A stretch of DNA of 64,000 bases. It comes from Ophelia neglecta (Eukaryota). Position numbers and translations under genes: made by a program. The DNA lies in the NCBI GenBank assembly GCA_965285935.1, contig OZ260663.1:99262001-99326000 (forward strand), given 5' to 3'. Each line of letters opens with the position of its first letter. Positions within the stretch are counted from its first letter, which is position 1. Shown one piece after another: positions 25,680-39,197 of the stretch. The notes beneath the pieces were generated by a model that did not search any database, was not told the origin of the DNA, and worked only from the letters and a program-made list of their open reading frames with translations.

Positions 25680-25862
25680 AAAACATACCCTTAGTCAGGG
25701 AATCTGACTTAAACATACCCTTGGTCAGGGAATCTGACTTAAACATACCCTTGGTCAGGGAATCTGACTAAAACATACCTTTGGTCAGGGAATCTGACTA
25801 AAACATACCCTTGGTCAGGGAATCTGACTAAAAACATACCCTTGGTTAGATAATTCTGACAC
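25680..25862. repeat. 29-30-bp tandem repeat x6 (second array ~31390-31570)
   Basis: Unit aaacatacccttggtcagggaatctgact. Confidence 0.9.
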
Positions 25863-26189
25863 ACAAAAGAACTTCGTAGGAAATATTTGAAAACAACCCA
25901 TTTTCATGGCTGTCTAGCCTGAAATAACAATATTTATGTACAAACGAGAGCATACGTTGCAACTTCAGGCATTATTATACAGAAAATGACTTTCTGAGAC
26001 ATATTTTAAGAGTGATAATTCATAAAGACCAACCCTTGGTTAGGGACATTTTGTTAAAAGAAACCTACAGATGGTTAGGGACATTAGCCTAGAAAAACGA
26101 TCCTTGTCTAGGCACATTTGCCCAAAGATCATCAATAGTAGTTATTTGAAGTGATCACGGACGTTGTCTGTTGCAGCTCCTGCCCGACT

Positions 26190-26338
26190 CATAAAGGCCA
26201 CCTGGTAATTCAGACCACTAATCTGAAGACCATAATGCAGCTTTTAATATAAATCAACCTGTCTAACCAGACCACCTCCTTAATCAGACCAGTAAAGTCC
26301 AGTCCCTTAGGTAGTCTCATTTCACAGGTTCCACTATA
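26190..26338. mobile_element. Possible one-ended Tc1/mariner-pogo-type MITE remnant (also ~31900-32047)
   Basis: Ends ...acaggttccacta-TA, resembling the TA-CAGTGGAACCTGT terminus; internal gaccac repeats; no second terminus seen. Confidence 0.4.
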
Positions 26339-26527
26339 TAATGAATTACTCATAAGGGTGCATTGTTAAAAAATACTGTAACTTAGGAATTTGTCGCGAA
26401 AAAGTCTGAATATTTACGCGAACTTTCTGGCCCGAGAAGATTGCGGTTCACGTTATATATGTTTGTCGAGAATTAGCCGGGTAGCATCCATTTCATTGTT
26501 TATTAGCGACTCGTGTGTATGTGTCAC

Positions 26528-27018
26528 CCCGGCCCCCCCCCCTCTCCCTGGGATGAGGGGGCCGCATGCGCAAAAGGGTACTTTTTGGGCTTTGATCTCT
26601 GGCCCGAGAATTCCCGAAGAAGGGTTACAGTTTTCTCCCGAGAAATTGAAAGAAGGGGTATTTTTTATTAGCCTCCCGAGAAATTGAAAGAAGGGGTATT
26701 TTTACAAGCATGTGCCGAGGAAAGGGTTGGAAAATTACCCGAGAATGGGGGGGGGGGGGGGGGGAGGGGGGGGATGAGAAACAACCTCATGTTGATGCCC
26801 CCTATAAATGGGATTAGGTGCTTCTTGGAGCCTGAGAATAGGGGGGGGGGGGTGATATTTCATCAAGCCTGAGTTAGGGGGTAAAAAACCTGAAAAACCC
26901 CGCGATAGCCTGATATAAGAGGGTGAAAAATTAAATGCCTTTCCTGAGATAGGGGTCACTTTTCAAAAGTGGTGAACAAGCATGAGTAACTCTCAAAATG
27001 GCGGAGTGGGGGGCCGGG
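26528..27018. mobile_element. Non-autonomous DNA transposon with CCCGG termini and 8-bp TSD
   Basis: TIR CCCGGCCCCCC / GGGGGGCCGGG; flanks TGTGTCAC and TGTGTAAC (7/8 match); internal direct repeats cccgagaaattgaaagaaggggtatttt. Confidence 0.7.
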
Positions 27019-30000
27019 TGTGTAACATGAGTGATATTATGTGATATTACAATTAAAACTATGCTGGTCAGACACGAAGCCTGCTCTATACTCAGGCCTA
27101 TGAATGGTATAAGGAATTATTGATAAGGATGAATTGTTCACAAAGAAGTGGAATTCGTCAACATTTGTTGCTCGGCAACATTCCCTGTATGTATGGGATT
27201 GACCTGCGTGCCCCCCTCCCCAGCCTACCCCCCCAGCTGGACATCCTGGTAAAAAGTGTCCCCACAAAACATAATCAGTCAGGGCTTCAAACATCCTGCT
27301 GGTAAGTGAAAAAGAGTAAATGAAGACCCATATAGCATTAGCAGCCATGCTGAGTGCCAATTGTGGGTCATCTCCGTTTTAAGGCTACTCGCTTTTAACA
27401 TTTTTCAAACTTTTGTTTATTAGGATAAAATTAATTTTGTTTCAGCATCCAAGTACAACCGCTAGTGCTCAGTAAAGTGAATAAAATACATAAATTTGGC
27501 CCACACTGTGCATTATAATGATATGTATATATGATGAACACACATTATTCAATTAGCTAGTATGAGGAAGTTTACATATCCAAGTAAATACAATATACAT
27601 GTATTCTTCCGCGTTTAGAGACTGAATAATGAACATTGTTACCCGCTCATCACAATTATATTCTTTTATCTAAAAAATGAAATTATATCTATATAACAAA
27701 AACATATTACCTGATAGAGTGAGGCTGCACTTGACAACATGACTTGTAAAGTCAGGCCTATACTTAATGGCACAGCGTGAAACTGTCGAGAGATATCGGT
27801 TGTATGCAGTTAAAAAAAAACAGACGTGGACTTTTAGAGTTCTCATTAAATTCCAGTGTCAGTGAAAAAACCTCTAGGTTCCCATTTGTCAGAAATGATT
27901 ACAGCTATTATATAAAAACACAAAAGTTGATTTATAGTGTGCTGTGCGTTATTTTAATATATAGATTATTACACGAGTCTGGTTGTTCAAGCACATTCTC
28001 TGTGTTGTTTTTGCTCTGTACGACAGATCTATCTGAAAGCGTGCCAATGCCTCTTAAAATCACCCATCAGTTCTGCCTATCATAATATACCCACTCTCAA
28101 GTGTCCATTTTAAACGAACTTTTGGAGCTATCGCAAAAATAAAATGTTCATGCAAGCCTGAGAACCTGTCCCCGCCGCCCGTTTGATGTTTTCGAATGAA
28201 ATGGGTTGTTTTTGGGCGGTTTCTGAATGTCTAAATAACGGGAGTGGACACCCGGCACACAAACTGAATCATTGGTCAAGGAGGTATATTCATTTAAAAC
28301 CAGTGGCAAATGGCTACTATAAGTCTACTAGAAACTACTGCTGATTGCAGGTGAAATCAATTTTAGTTGTTTTCATGACAAGTTCCTTCAAATTTTATTC
28401 TCTGTTAAGGAATTGGGGATAGATGTTTGCGAGGACTGACTGAACAGAATACTCTGGCTTACTAATTGTGTGTTAAGGTCGGATGCCCATTTCCGTTCTT
28501 TATATATAAAAATGATCCCCACCGATATTTAAACCTGTAAAAGGGCTTGAACCACGATATAAAATAGCACAATAACAGGTCAAACACCAATGACATGCAG
28601 AAGAGTACGGAGTTACTAAGGGTCAATTTAAATGGTATGATGAATATTTATTTCAGTGAGCACAGTTTTTCCGGAGGAAGAGGCCCCCCCCTAGCGACAA
28701 TTAAACACACTCCAAAGGAAACCGACATGGGGAGCTGTTGTTCAGCAGTGTGTGGGGTATAATAATTTTTAGTTGCGCTTTTAACAGGATCGGTAATCTT
28801 GACCGCATGAGTCGGTTAATGCCAGAACTTCTTCGTAATATTGTTTCTTCATTACGGCAGTTACTTATAGTGCTACTTATCTTATTGTTGGAGCTGTTTG
28901 CTGAGCATTCTGGGTCCCCCTTCCAGTGCCCTGGTTTTCCATAGGCGAAACAAAGTCCAGGCTTACGTCCCTGTGACGCTGCATAGCTGGTCCCCTGTGG
29001 AAATGGTGTTTATTGCTGCTCAGGAACGTATCTAGCCGTGAGTTTCTTGTACGGTGCCGCTCTTGCTGTGCTGGTTTTCTAGACCTTTGCTGCCTTCCAC
29101 TTTCGTGTGGCCCGAGCTTCTGCTTTGTAGATACGCTTCTCATCCTCGGAGTCGCTTGCTAAGGGGTTCGACTCGTATTCGTTGACCACTCTCCAGCCGA
29201 GCTCAGAAGAGTACGCCATCTTGATGAGTTTCTGGCGCAGTGCCAACATGGCTTTTGCTTCAACTAGTTTTTCTCTTCCTTCTAGAGATTTTGAGGCGTC
29301 GCAGCAACCCTCAGCTGCCTGTAATTTCAATGTGAGTTTAGGATTGACCTTGTACTGCTCTTCGTTGCTTTTTCTCTTGAACTGTTACGACATTCGTTAC
29401 TGTTTCTAACTGAGGAGAATTAGAAACGCCACTTATCTTATCGAACATATTGCCCATCTCTGACAGCATATCCCTTTTGTTAGTTCCAGACTGGACTTGA
29501 CTTTTTCTTTCACGAGGTTCTCTAGGTCAGATGCGTCCATTTTGTTAAAGGCCTGTACCGGTGGCGTGTTGCCTCGATGAAGTCTGCGCTAGAACTGGCC
29601 AACGTGCGGCCGGCCCATCTGGTCGCTTCAACCAGGCCACTCCTTCTGGCCCGCTCCTACTACCGTGTAGGCCTGGGCCTTTACAATACTCCCAATACAT
29701 GCATTGTCTACATTTCAATAAGACATTAGTTATCCGCTTTACGCTGTACCGCGGAGAACTGTGACTGTACAGGCTGATGGGGGTTGTACGGAGGAGCACG
29801 GGGGAGGGGGGTTGGGAGTGGGGGCAGACCGCTTAGCTCGAAGACGCCACTCCCCGGTGGGGCAAGTGCACGGGGGCTTGGTGTGGGATGGGTGTCTCCT
29901 CCCAGGTGAACATGGCTTATAGTGTAATATTGGACTCTGGGGATGTAATGTGTGGCTCATTAAATCAGGCCTGCTTTGCTCCCAGACCCACCCCCCACCC

Positions 30001-32237
30001 CCTCCCTAGGTAAACACCAAGACCAAGGGGCACTGGACGGGAGGTGGGGGTGGGGTAGACCGTCCCCTCGCCCATTCCACCCCCCTGTAAGCCCTCAGAA
30101 CACCCCCCCCCCTGTCCACCATGGGGAGACACCCGTCCCCTCGCCCTTACCATGACAGCAGAGCTCCCCTTCCCCGACATCCCCATGAGCCAGTACCCAT
30201 ACAATACTGCTACACACATACTAATGTACTGGACCCGGTTGCTGAAAGCGGTATTAACTTTAATTTTAACTTTTAAGGATTTAATTAGCCTATTACCGAT
30301 TAGCCGACACCGCATTAATCCGTGTTTCTATTGACCATGATTAAGTTTAAGACCAAACTGCCGAGGTTAAAGACCGAATCCAGCCACTAGCAGGGGCGGA
30401 TCGAGAGGGCCTGCCCCCCCCCCCCCACCCACCAATTTTTTTTTTACTCCGAACAAGCCCATCTAGGCGCCCAAAAACATAGGCAACTAGATGCATGTAT
30501 GTACCCGCCCCAGCTTCTGTGCCCGCCCCCCTTTTCAATTCCTCCACATAGAGTGGGCCCCCTGGGGGTTGGGGTGGGGGTGGGGGTGGGCAGGTAAGTG
30601 GGGGCCGGGGGGATGGGGTCACAGGGGTTAGAATCCCCGTCTCCTACCCTGAGCTCATCGTCCGTCTTATTGTATCTATAAGCTTATTTTCTGACGTTTA
30701 AAGCTGGTCGGGGTGTATACAAACACCGCTGTCAAACACTCAGCAGGTCTTAAAACTTCGGGGGAGGGGGTAGCTGAGTTGATTTATGGACAGGGTGAAC
30801 GTTTATCTGCTAGGTATAGTTGGCCCATGAAAATGCTATTACCAAAGTGATGAATAAATACTCTTACCAATACAGAATTTGTAAAAAAAAAACAAACAAG
30901 ACAACACTATTTGTATCTCCCCAATGGGGGTGGGGGTGGTGGTGGTGGTGGGTGGGGGTGGAGGTGGGGGGCGGGGGTTATTGTTGTTTTATAGGTCTAT
31001 TTTTATGATGATAGAGCCCCTCATTATGCGATCTTCCCGATAAATCAGGCTAAATTTCCGGCCTAGCTAGTTAGTTGAACTACATCAATGAAATGCATTA
31101 TTTTCCACCATCGAGTCCTCCATCTTTCTAATGAACTGATGTTGTGTCTTATTACAGTATAAGTTAGTAATTCGGTTAAAATGTAATGTTTATTGAAGTG
31201 GCCTTTTGTAACCTACCTACATAGTATATATATCTCCCGCAGGGAAGTTCACTGTGTTAAGGCACAAACACTATAACAAGTCTGTTTTTTTCGATTTATT
31301 CACAAGGGGAGAAGGGGGGGGGGGGGCTCTTCCAAAAAAAATCGCATATAGGGGCTGGAGGTTGCATTACTGTACACTTGCCTGATGCAAAAACATACCC
31401 TTAGTCAGGGAATCTGACTTAAACATACCCTTGGTCAGGGAATCTGACTTAAACATACCCTTGGTCAGGGAATCTGACTAAAACATATCTTTGGTCAGGG
31501 AATCTGACTATACATACCCTTGGTCAGGGAATCTGACTAAAAACATACCCTTGGTTAGATAATTCTGACACACAAAAGAACTTCGTAGGAAATATTTGAA
31601 AACAACCCATTTTCATGGCTGTCTAGCCTGAAATAACAATATTTATGTACAAACGAGAGCATACGTTGCAACTTCAGGCATTATTATACAGAAAATGACT
31701 TTCTGAGACATATTTTAAGAGTGATAATTCATAAAGACCAACCCTTGGTTAGGGACATTTTGTTAAAAGAAACCTACAGATGGTTAGGGACATTAGCCTA
31801 GAAAAACGATCCTTGGCTAGGCACATTTGCCCAAAGATCATCAATAGTAGTTATTTGAAGTGATCACGGACGTTGTCTGTTGCAGCTCCTGCCCGACTCA
31901 TAAAGGCCACCTGGTAATTCAGACCACTAATCTGAAGACCATAATGCAGCTTTTAATATAAATCAACCTGTCTAACCAGACCACCTCCTTAATCAGACCA
32001 GTAAAGTCCAGTCCCTTAGGTAGTCTCATTTCACAGGTTCCACTATATAATGAATTACTCATAAGGGTGCATTGTTAAAAAATACTGTAACTTAGGAATT
32101 TGTCGCGAAAAAGTCTGAATATTTACGCGAACTTTCTGGCTCGAGGAGATTGCGGTTCACGTTATATATGTTTGTTGTAGAATTAGCCGGGTAGCAGCCA
32201 TTTCATTGTTTATTAGCGACTCGTGTGTATGTGTCAC

Positions 32238-32715
32238 CCCGGCCCCCCTCTCCCTGCGATGAGGGGGCCGCATGCGCAAAAGGGGTACTTTTTGGGCTTT
32301 GATCTCTGGCCCGAGAATTCCCGAAAAAGGGTTACAGTTTTCTCCCGAGAAATTGAAAGAAGGGGTATTTTTTATTAGCCTCCCGAGAAATTGAAAGAAG
32401 GGGTATTTTTACAAGCATGTGCCGAGGAAAGGGTTGGAAAATTACCCGAGAATGGGGGGGGGGAGGGGGGGGGGATGAGAAACAACCTCATGTTGATGCC
32501 CCCTATAAATGGGATTAGGTGCTTCTTGGAGCCTGGGAATAGGGGGGGTGATATTTCATCAAGCCTGAGTTAGGGGGGTAAAAAACCTGAAAAACCCCGC
32601 GATAGCCTGATATAAGAGAGTGAAAAATTAAATGCCTTTCCTGAGATAGGGGTCAGTTTTCAAAAGTGGTGAACAAGCATGAGTAACTCTCAAAATGGCG
32701 GAGTGGGGGGCCGGG
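32238..32715. mobile_element. Duplicate of the CCCGG MITE in unit 2
   Basis: Same TIRs and flanks as 26528-27018. Confidence 0.7.
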
Positions 32716-33394
32716 TGTGTAACATGAGTGATATTATGTGATATTACAATTAAAACTATGCTGGTCAGACACGAAGCCTGCTCTATATTCCGGCCTATGA
32801 ACGGTATAAGGAATTATTGATAAGGATGAATTGTTCACAAAGAAGTGGAATTCGTCAACATTTGTTGCTCGGCAACATTCCCTGTATGTATGGGATTGAC
32901 CTGCGTGCCCCCCCCCCCCCAGCCAACCCCCCCAGCTGGACATCCTGGTAAAAAGTGTCCCCACAAAACATAATCAGTCTGGGCTTCAAACATCCTGCTG
33001 GTAAGTGAAAAAGAGTAAATGAAGACCCATATAGCCTTAGCAGCCATGCTGAGTGCCAATTGTGGGTCATCTCCGTTTTAAGGCTACTCGCTTTTAACAT
33101 TTTTCAAACTTTTGTTTATTAGGATAAAATTAATTTTGTTTCAGCATCCAAGTATAACCGCTAGTGCTCAGTAAAGTGAATAAAATACATAAATTTGGCC
33201 CACACTGTGCATTATAATGATATGTATATATGATGAACACACATTATTCAATTAGCTAGTATGAGGAAGTTTACATATCAAAGTAAATACAATATACATG
33301 TATTCTTCCGCGTTTAGAGACTGAATAATGAACATTGTTACCCGCTCATCACAATTATATTCTTTTATCTAAAAAATGAAATTATATCTATATA

Positions 33395-35820
33395 TTTTAT
33401 TTATTTATTAGATTTATATAGCGCCTATCCAAATAGCTCTAAGCGCTGTACATAAAGAAATACATGTAAAATCAATTTTATAAACAAACTATTTAAAATA
33501 TGACTAACGTTAATTTTGCAATTTAAGCACCATATGTGGAAATATTCTTGACAAGTAAGAAGTTGAATTAAAATTAAGTCACTGTACAATAAAAGATTTA
33601 GGCGATACTATTTCGATGTTAGCAATTATAGGCTGACCTAAAAAGATGAGTTTTAAGATTCTTTTTAAAAATATTAAGCGTTTTTACCACCAACAAGGAT
33701 TTTGCGGCTGACCTAAGAGTTCGAGGAGCCATATACGGTTGCAGAAGATCGGCAATGTACTGAGGTGCTAGTCCATTTATTGCCTTGTACGTAAGGAGGA
33801 TGACTTTATAATCCACTCTCCGAGCCACTGGTAGCCAGTGAAGCCTGAACAAAACCGGGATGATGTGATCTGTGCGACAGGCGCCAGTTATCAGGCGAGC
33901 CGCCCTGTTCTGAACCTTCTGTAGCCTGATCAAAAGGTTCTGACTTATCCCAGCCAACAGGGAATTCCCATAATCCAGCCGACTTATGACTAGAGCCTGT
34001 ACAAGAGTTTTGCATGTGTCCTCGGTCAGATAACGCCGTATGCGGCTAATGTTTTTCAGGTTGAAATTGCAACTTTTTATGACAGACACCACATGGGATT
34101 CCATGCTAAGGTCACTCTCAAAAAACACCCCCAGGTTTTTAACAGTAGGGCTGGTGTTAATTACACTATCACCGAATGTAAAACAGATATTCTGAACTAT
34201 CTCCTGACGTTGTCGGGGAGCAAAGAAAATTATTTCAGTTTTTCCCTCATTCAGTTTGAGAAGGTTAGTATTCATCCACGTTTGAATGTGGTCAACACAC
34301 TCCTCAATGCGCCCAACGGAGGAGGTCGGGTCTTGGCCTGATTTCAGTACCATGTAGATTTGGGAGTCATCAGCTTAGGCATGATATCTCAGGCCATGCC
34401 CCTCAAAAATAGTCCCAACTGGTCTGGAGTAGAGGCAATATTTCTTTGGCCCCAATACTGACCCTTGTGGGACTGCAAATTCCAATGACTTTTCTGACGA
34501 TTCAGTACCTTCAATAGAAATGACTTGGCACCGATCTGTCAGATAGGACTCTATCCATTTCAAAGCACTGCCTCTGATTCCAAACATATTATCAAATCTT
34601 TTCAACATTATACCGTGGTCCAGCGTGTCGAAAGCGGCCGACAGATCGAGCATGACAAGAACCGCTATATGGCCTCTATCCAGTGCCTCAGTAATGTCTG
34701 CATGTACCTTAAGCAAGGCGGTTTCTGTTGAATGGGCAGCACGGTAAGCAGACTGTAGAGGGTCAAACAACAAATTATCCTGTAAATGAGTATCAGTTCT
34801 TTTAGAAACTACCTTCTCACATATTTTCGATACAAAAGGCAAATTTGAAACAGGCCTGTAGTTTGACAGAGAGTCTTTATCCAGTCCTTGTTTCTTAGCA
34901 CGCTTGAAACTTGAAGGAACCTGAGAAGTCAAAAGCGAGTTGTTCACTTTTGCTGTCAAATATGGTAGTAACTCGTCCACACATCCCTTCAACAAGTTAG
35001 TGGGTAGCGGGTCTGCTTCACAGGATTTCGATGGGGATTTTAATACTAGCTGTTTAATTTCAGCTTGTGTGACTTGGCCAAAACTTGTCAGCGGAACACC
35101 ACAGAATTCAGGTTCAATGTCAGGTGACACAGCAGAGTCTGATGCTTTTGTATTCAACGTGAACAGTTTCTCCCGTATTTTCACAATTTTCATGTGGAAA
35201 AAATCACTAAAAGTTTCACAGAGCTGCAAAGTTGAGGGGCAACTTGGAAACTTGGGCTCCTTCTTATCTCCAGAAAGCAGCTTGCACAAACTGAACAGTT
35301 GCTTCTGGTTACCTTCAGCATCATTCACTTTACTTTGAATGTACTCTTGCTTTGTAAGGTGAAGTTGGTGGTTTGCCTCCATACATCTATCCTTGTATTG
35401 TTGCACGTGGACTGTAAGGTTTGTCTTTCTCATTAATCTCTCTGCTTTTCTGCATTCACGTTTCATTTCCCTCAGTTGTGAGTTATACCAAGGTGTTTCA
35501 GGCTTTATCTTAACAGTTTTGGTAACCAGTGGTGCATATAAGTCAAGCATCCGTGAAAGCTCTGCATTATATGTGTCAACAATGTCATTAACCTCAAATT
35601 GCTCCAAAGGCCGAGTCAATGATTTAATGATTTACAGCTTCTTATAGTCTCCCGTAGGTCGGGGAGTGAAATATCTTTCAGCTTTCTGTACATAACTGTC
35701 TTTTGTACTGGATGGCTGCGAGTGTTTGCAAACTTGACCTGAACGGCACAGTGATCAAGGGTCACCGATCCCCTGTCATCACCGATACCTGACCAAAAAA
35801 CATCTGGTTCACAGATTCAC
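33395..35820 (-). mobile_element. L2-clade LINE, 5'-truncated, ORF2 disabled
   Basis: NYRPVSNLPFVSK, QSAYRAAHSTETAL, LDLSAAFDTLDH, VPQGSVLGP, YHA*ADDSQIY, LHWLPV, FKKNLKTHLF. L2-type 3' end gcgcttagag...aggcgctatataaat plus (ATAA)n tail. Absent from the equivalent site of unit 1 (~27695). Confidence 0.93.
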
Positions 35821-37577
35821 AAAATCATATTACCTGATAGAGTGAGGCTGCACTTGACAACATGACTTGTAAAGTCAGGCATATACTTAATGGCACAGCG
35901 TGAAACTGTCGAGAGATATCGGTTGTATGCAGTTAAAAAAAAACAGACGTGGACTTTTAGAGTTCTCATGAAATTCCAGTGTCAGTGAAAAAACCTCTAG
36001 GTTCCCATTTGTCAGAAATGATTACAGCTATTATATAAAAACACAAAATTTGATTTATAGTGTGCTGTGCTTTGTTATTTTAATATATAGATTATTACAC
36101 GAGTCTGGTTGTTCTATCACATTCTCTGTGTTGTTTTTGCGCTGTACGACAGATCTATCTGAAAGCGTGCCAATGCCTCTTAAAATCACCCATCAGTTCT
36201 GCCTATCATAATATACCCACTCTCAAGTGTCCATTTTATACAAACTTTTGGAGCTATCGCAAAAATAAAATGTTCATGCAAGCCTGAGAACCTGTCCCCG
36301 CCGCCCGTTTGATGTTTTCGAATGAAATGGGTTGTTTTTGGGCGGTTTCTGAATGTCTAAATAACGGGAGTGGACACCCGGCACACAAACTGAATCATTG
36401 GTCAAGGAGGTATATTCATTTAAAACCAGTGGCAAATGGCTACTATAAGTCTACTAGAAACTACTGCTGATTGCAGGTGAAATCAATTTTAGTTGTTTTT
36501 ATGACAAGTTCCTTCAAATTTTATTCTCTGTTAAGGAATTGGGGATAGATGTTTGCGAGGACTGACTGGACAGAATACTCTGGCTTACTATTTGTGTGTT
36601 AAGGTCGGATGCCCATTTCCGTTCTTTATATATAAAAATGATCCCCACCGATATTTAAACCTGTAAAAGGGCTTGAACCACGATATGAAATAGCACAGTA
36701 ACAGGTCAAACACCAATGACTTGCAGAAGAGTACGGAGTTACTAAGGGTCAATTTAAATGGTATGATGAATATTTATTTCAGTGAGTACAGTTTTTCCGG
36801 AGGAAGAGGCCCCCCCTAGCGACAATTAAACACACTCCAAAGGAAACCGACATGGGGAGCTGTTGTTCAGCAGTGTGTGGGGTATGCCAAATTTTCTTAT
36901 CTCACTTTTGAACTTATAATAATTTTTAGTTGCGCTTTTAACAGGGTCGGTAATCTTTACCGCATGAGTCGGTTAATGCCAGAACTTCTTCGTAATATTG
37001 TTTCTGACGTCATTTTCAGTTGCTTATACATGTTTTTTGTTTGAACACATAACCTGCTTATCTAGGCCACAGTGTTTTACTTGGCGCATGCGCTGTAACT
37101 TTCTTTTACATTTATTGTATATGTCACTTTATTTTTGTGTACACACATGACAGCGTTGTTTAATAATAATATTATATGCTGGAATTTTAACACAATGGTA
37201 AATCTATTTCATATTGATAATTAATGTACATATACATGTACATGCTATAGTCAGTCGATCAGATTATGCTAAAAATTTGAAAATAATAATTAAAAAACAT
37301 TTCGATGGAAAAGAAATGTTACCACACACGACTACTTAGTACAGTTTGGAATCTACAGCCCATTTGCTCTCACTCATTTAAGAACAGATCAATTTGGTAT
37401 ATTTGATTTTTGAAGGTTGCTAATGAATATAAATAACACTTTGAAATAACCGCCACACGATTTATTCACACAGTCATGCATTAACAGTCCTAAGTATTCA
37501 AACATATCTTTGGTAAGCCTCATTTTGGGAACTTTCACCTGATTGGTTGGCACATTTCACAAATCAACTTGGTGTTT

Positions 37578-37591
37578 GTTGCTAGGGAAAC
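37578..37591 (+). promoter_or_regulatory. Candidate RFX X-box, with an inverted CCAAT (ATTGG, ~37542), upstream of the profilin-like exons
   Basis: GTTGCTAGGGAAAC fits the RFX consensus; ATG at 37599; motif evidence only. Confidence 0.35.
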
Positions 37592-38910
37592 AAGAAAGAT
37601 GACAGTGAGGACGAAGAGCGAACCTGGTTACTAGGGGTACGACACAAGGCCGCATATCACTAATCACAATCTAACTTAGCTAACCTTTGATTAATACTAA
37701 TTTTACTTAGGAACTGTCTCTCTGTTTCCATGAAAACTATAACAAATCAAATTACTAACCAATAATTAATCAAATTACTAACCTCTTTATCAGTGACAGA
37801 CGTGATCAATTAACTGTGTTAAGCTAAATGATTAGTACCTCACCTCTCTCCTCCCCACCAGATCAAACGGTCCATTTCATTATTAAGCCAATACAGCATG
37901 TTATACATTGGATGTGAACTCTTCAGTGAGGCTCACGCATTATTTAAATAGGAAAACCTTCCAGTAATTCACGTCTTTACCCCTGCGTTCCTCCGTCCCA
38001 TTTAAATGCACTTGCACGCCCCTAGCGGCTGAATGTATTGGACTTCAATTTCTCTTTCTTGATGATGAACAGAAGTAGTTTTTATTACTTTCTTTCTTGC
38101 TATGATATACCATTATTCATGTTAGTTAGGAGCTTGTTAGTTTATCTTCATTTATTATTTTTTGTGTGCATTAAGCTTGTATTATCATGATTAGTTTGAC
38201 ATTGTTTAGCACGGTTTTGGTGTCTCGCGTGAAAAGTTAGTTTGTTGTTTTGGTTCTGTGAAAACAGAACCCCAATGCAGTTCATATAAATGGATTTTTT
38301 TACTGCATTCATATGGGTTCAGTTTTCAAATTGACCTATATATATTGTATACGTGTATTTAGTTATATTATATAGATAGACACAGGTACATTGTATTAAT
38401 GAATGTATTTATAGTAAATGACCAAACATTTACACATATGAATGGACACATGTTTTTATATATTAAGGATGCATGTCATAGACTATTTTTTGTAGTTTTG
38501 AAACATATAGTTAAGGTAGACTGATTATTTTTGCATCAACTTATTATTATCTCTGTACATACATGTATTGATTACATTATTTCATTAGTATCTATCTTTT
38601 AGGGTTAGTTTATTATAACTGTGAATGCCTCGGCATACATACATATTTAATTTCGACTTCATCATCCAATCATGCAGTCCTGGTAATTGTGCTGTGACTT
38701 TATCTAAACCTCATGTGACGTCATAAAAGGTCACGTCCTTGTAAAAGCCTACTCCTTAGCAAAATGATAGTCCTAGTTTATCAAGTCCATTAATTTTATC
38801 AGCTTATTCTCAATATCTCTAATGTTAAACCCTTGGTCGAGGTCATTGTTATGTTTGAGAATATTTTGGTCTCATATATTAATGTTATTTCTCTGATTTT
38901 CTCCTGACAG

Positions 38911-39076
38911 AAAGGCGGTAAGAAGGAGGAACTCCCAGATAAGTATTCATGGGAGCAAAATGTGATGGAGCAGAACGTGATGCCTTCTGGGAAGGTCAGT
39001 CACGCCGCCATCGTGTCTCTGGATAACGGAGAGCTGAGGGCGGTGGGGCCGAGGAACTTCAGGCGAGATAAAAAAG
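38911..39076 (+). pseudogene. Profilin-like gene, exon encoding the N-terminal helix and first strands (open frame)
   Basis: Acceptor ctcctgacag|. KGGKKEELPDKYSWEQNVMEQNVMPSGKVSHAAIVSLDNGELRAVGPRNF (compare profilin SWQxYV..L..GxVxxAAIxGxDG). Phase-1 donor G|GTAGGT. Confidence 0.75.
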
Positions 39077-39197
39077 GTAGGTGGCAAATCAAATGGCAGA
39101 GAATAGCTAATAAAGTTACTTTGAGAAATCGTCGCCGTAGGACTACCAAAACGGACCCCCCTCCCCAAAAGGGGGTGGGGCTCCCTTCATTCAAGGG

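Larger units (their letters stand above)
23044..28843. repeat. Tandem duplication unit 1 (5.8 kb)
   Basis: Near-identical to 28844-37000 once the L2 insertion is removed; TTTCT at 23044, 28844 and 37001. Confidence 0.95.
28844..37000. repeat. Tandem duplication unit 2 (contains the L2 insertion)
   Basis: Collinear with unit 1. Confidence 0.95.

Noticed and set aside
25680-25862. 29-30-bp repeats as a CRISPR array
   Set aside because: Head-to-tail with no spacers; eukaryotic minisatellite
23750-27360. Short Pro/Gly-rich ORFs in the duplicated unit
   Set aside because: They arise from poly-G/C runs whose lengths differ between the two copies and shift the frames
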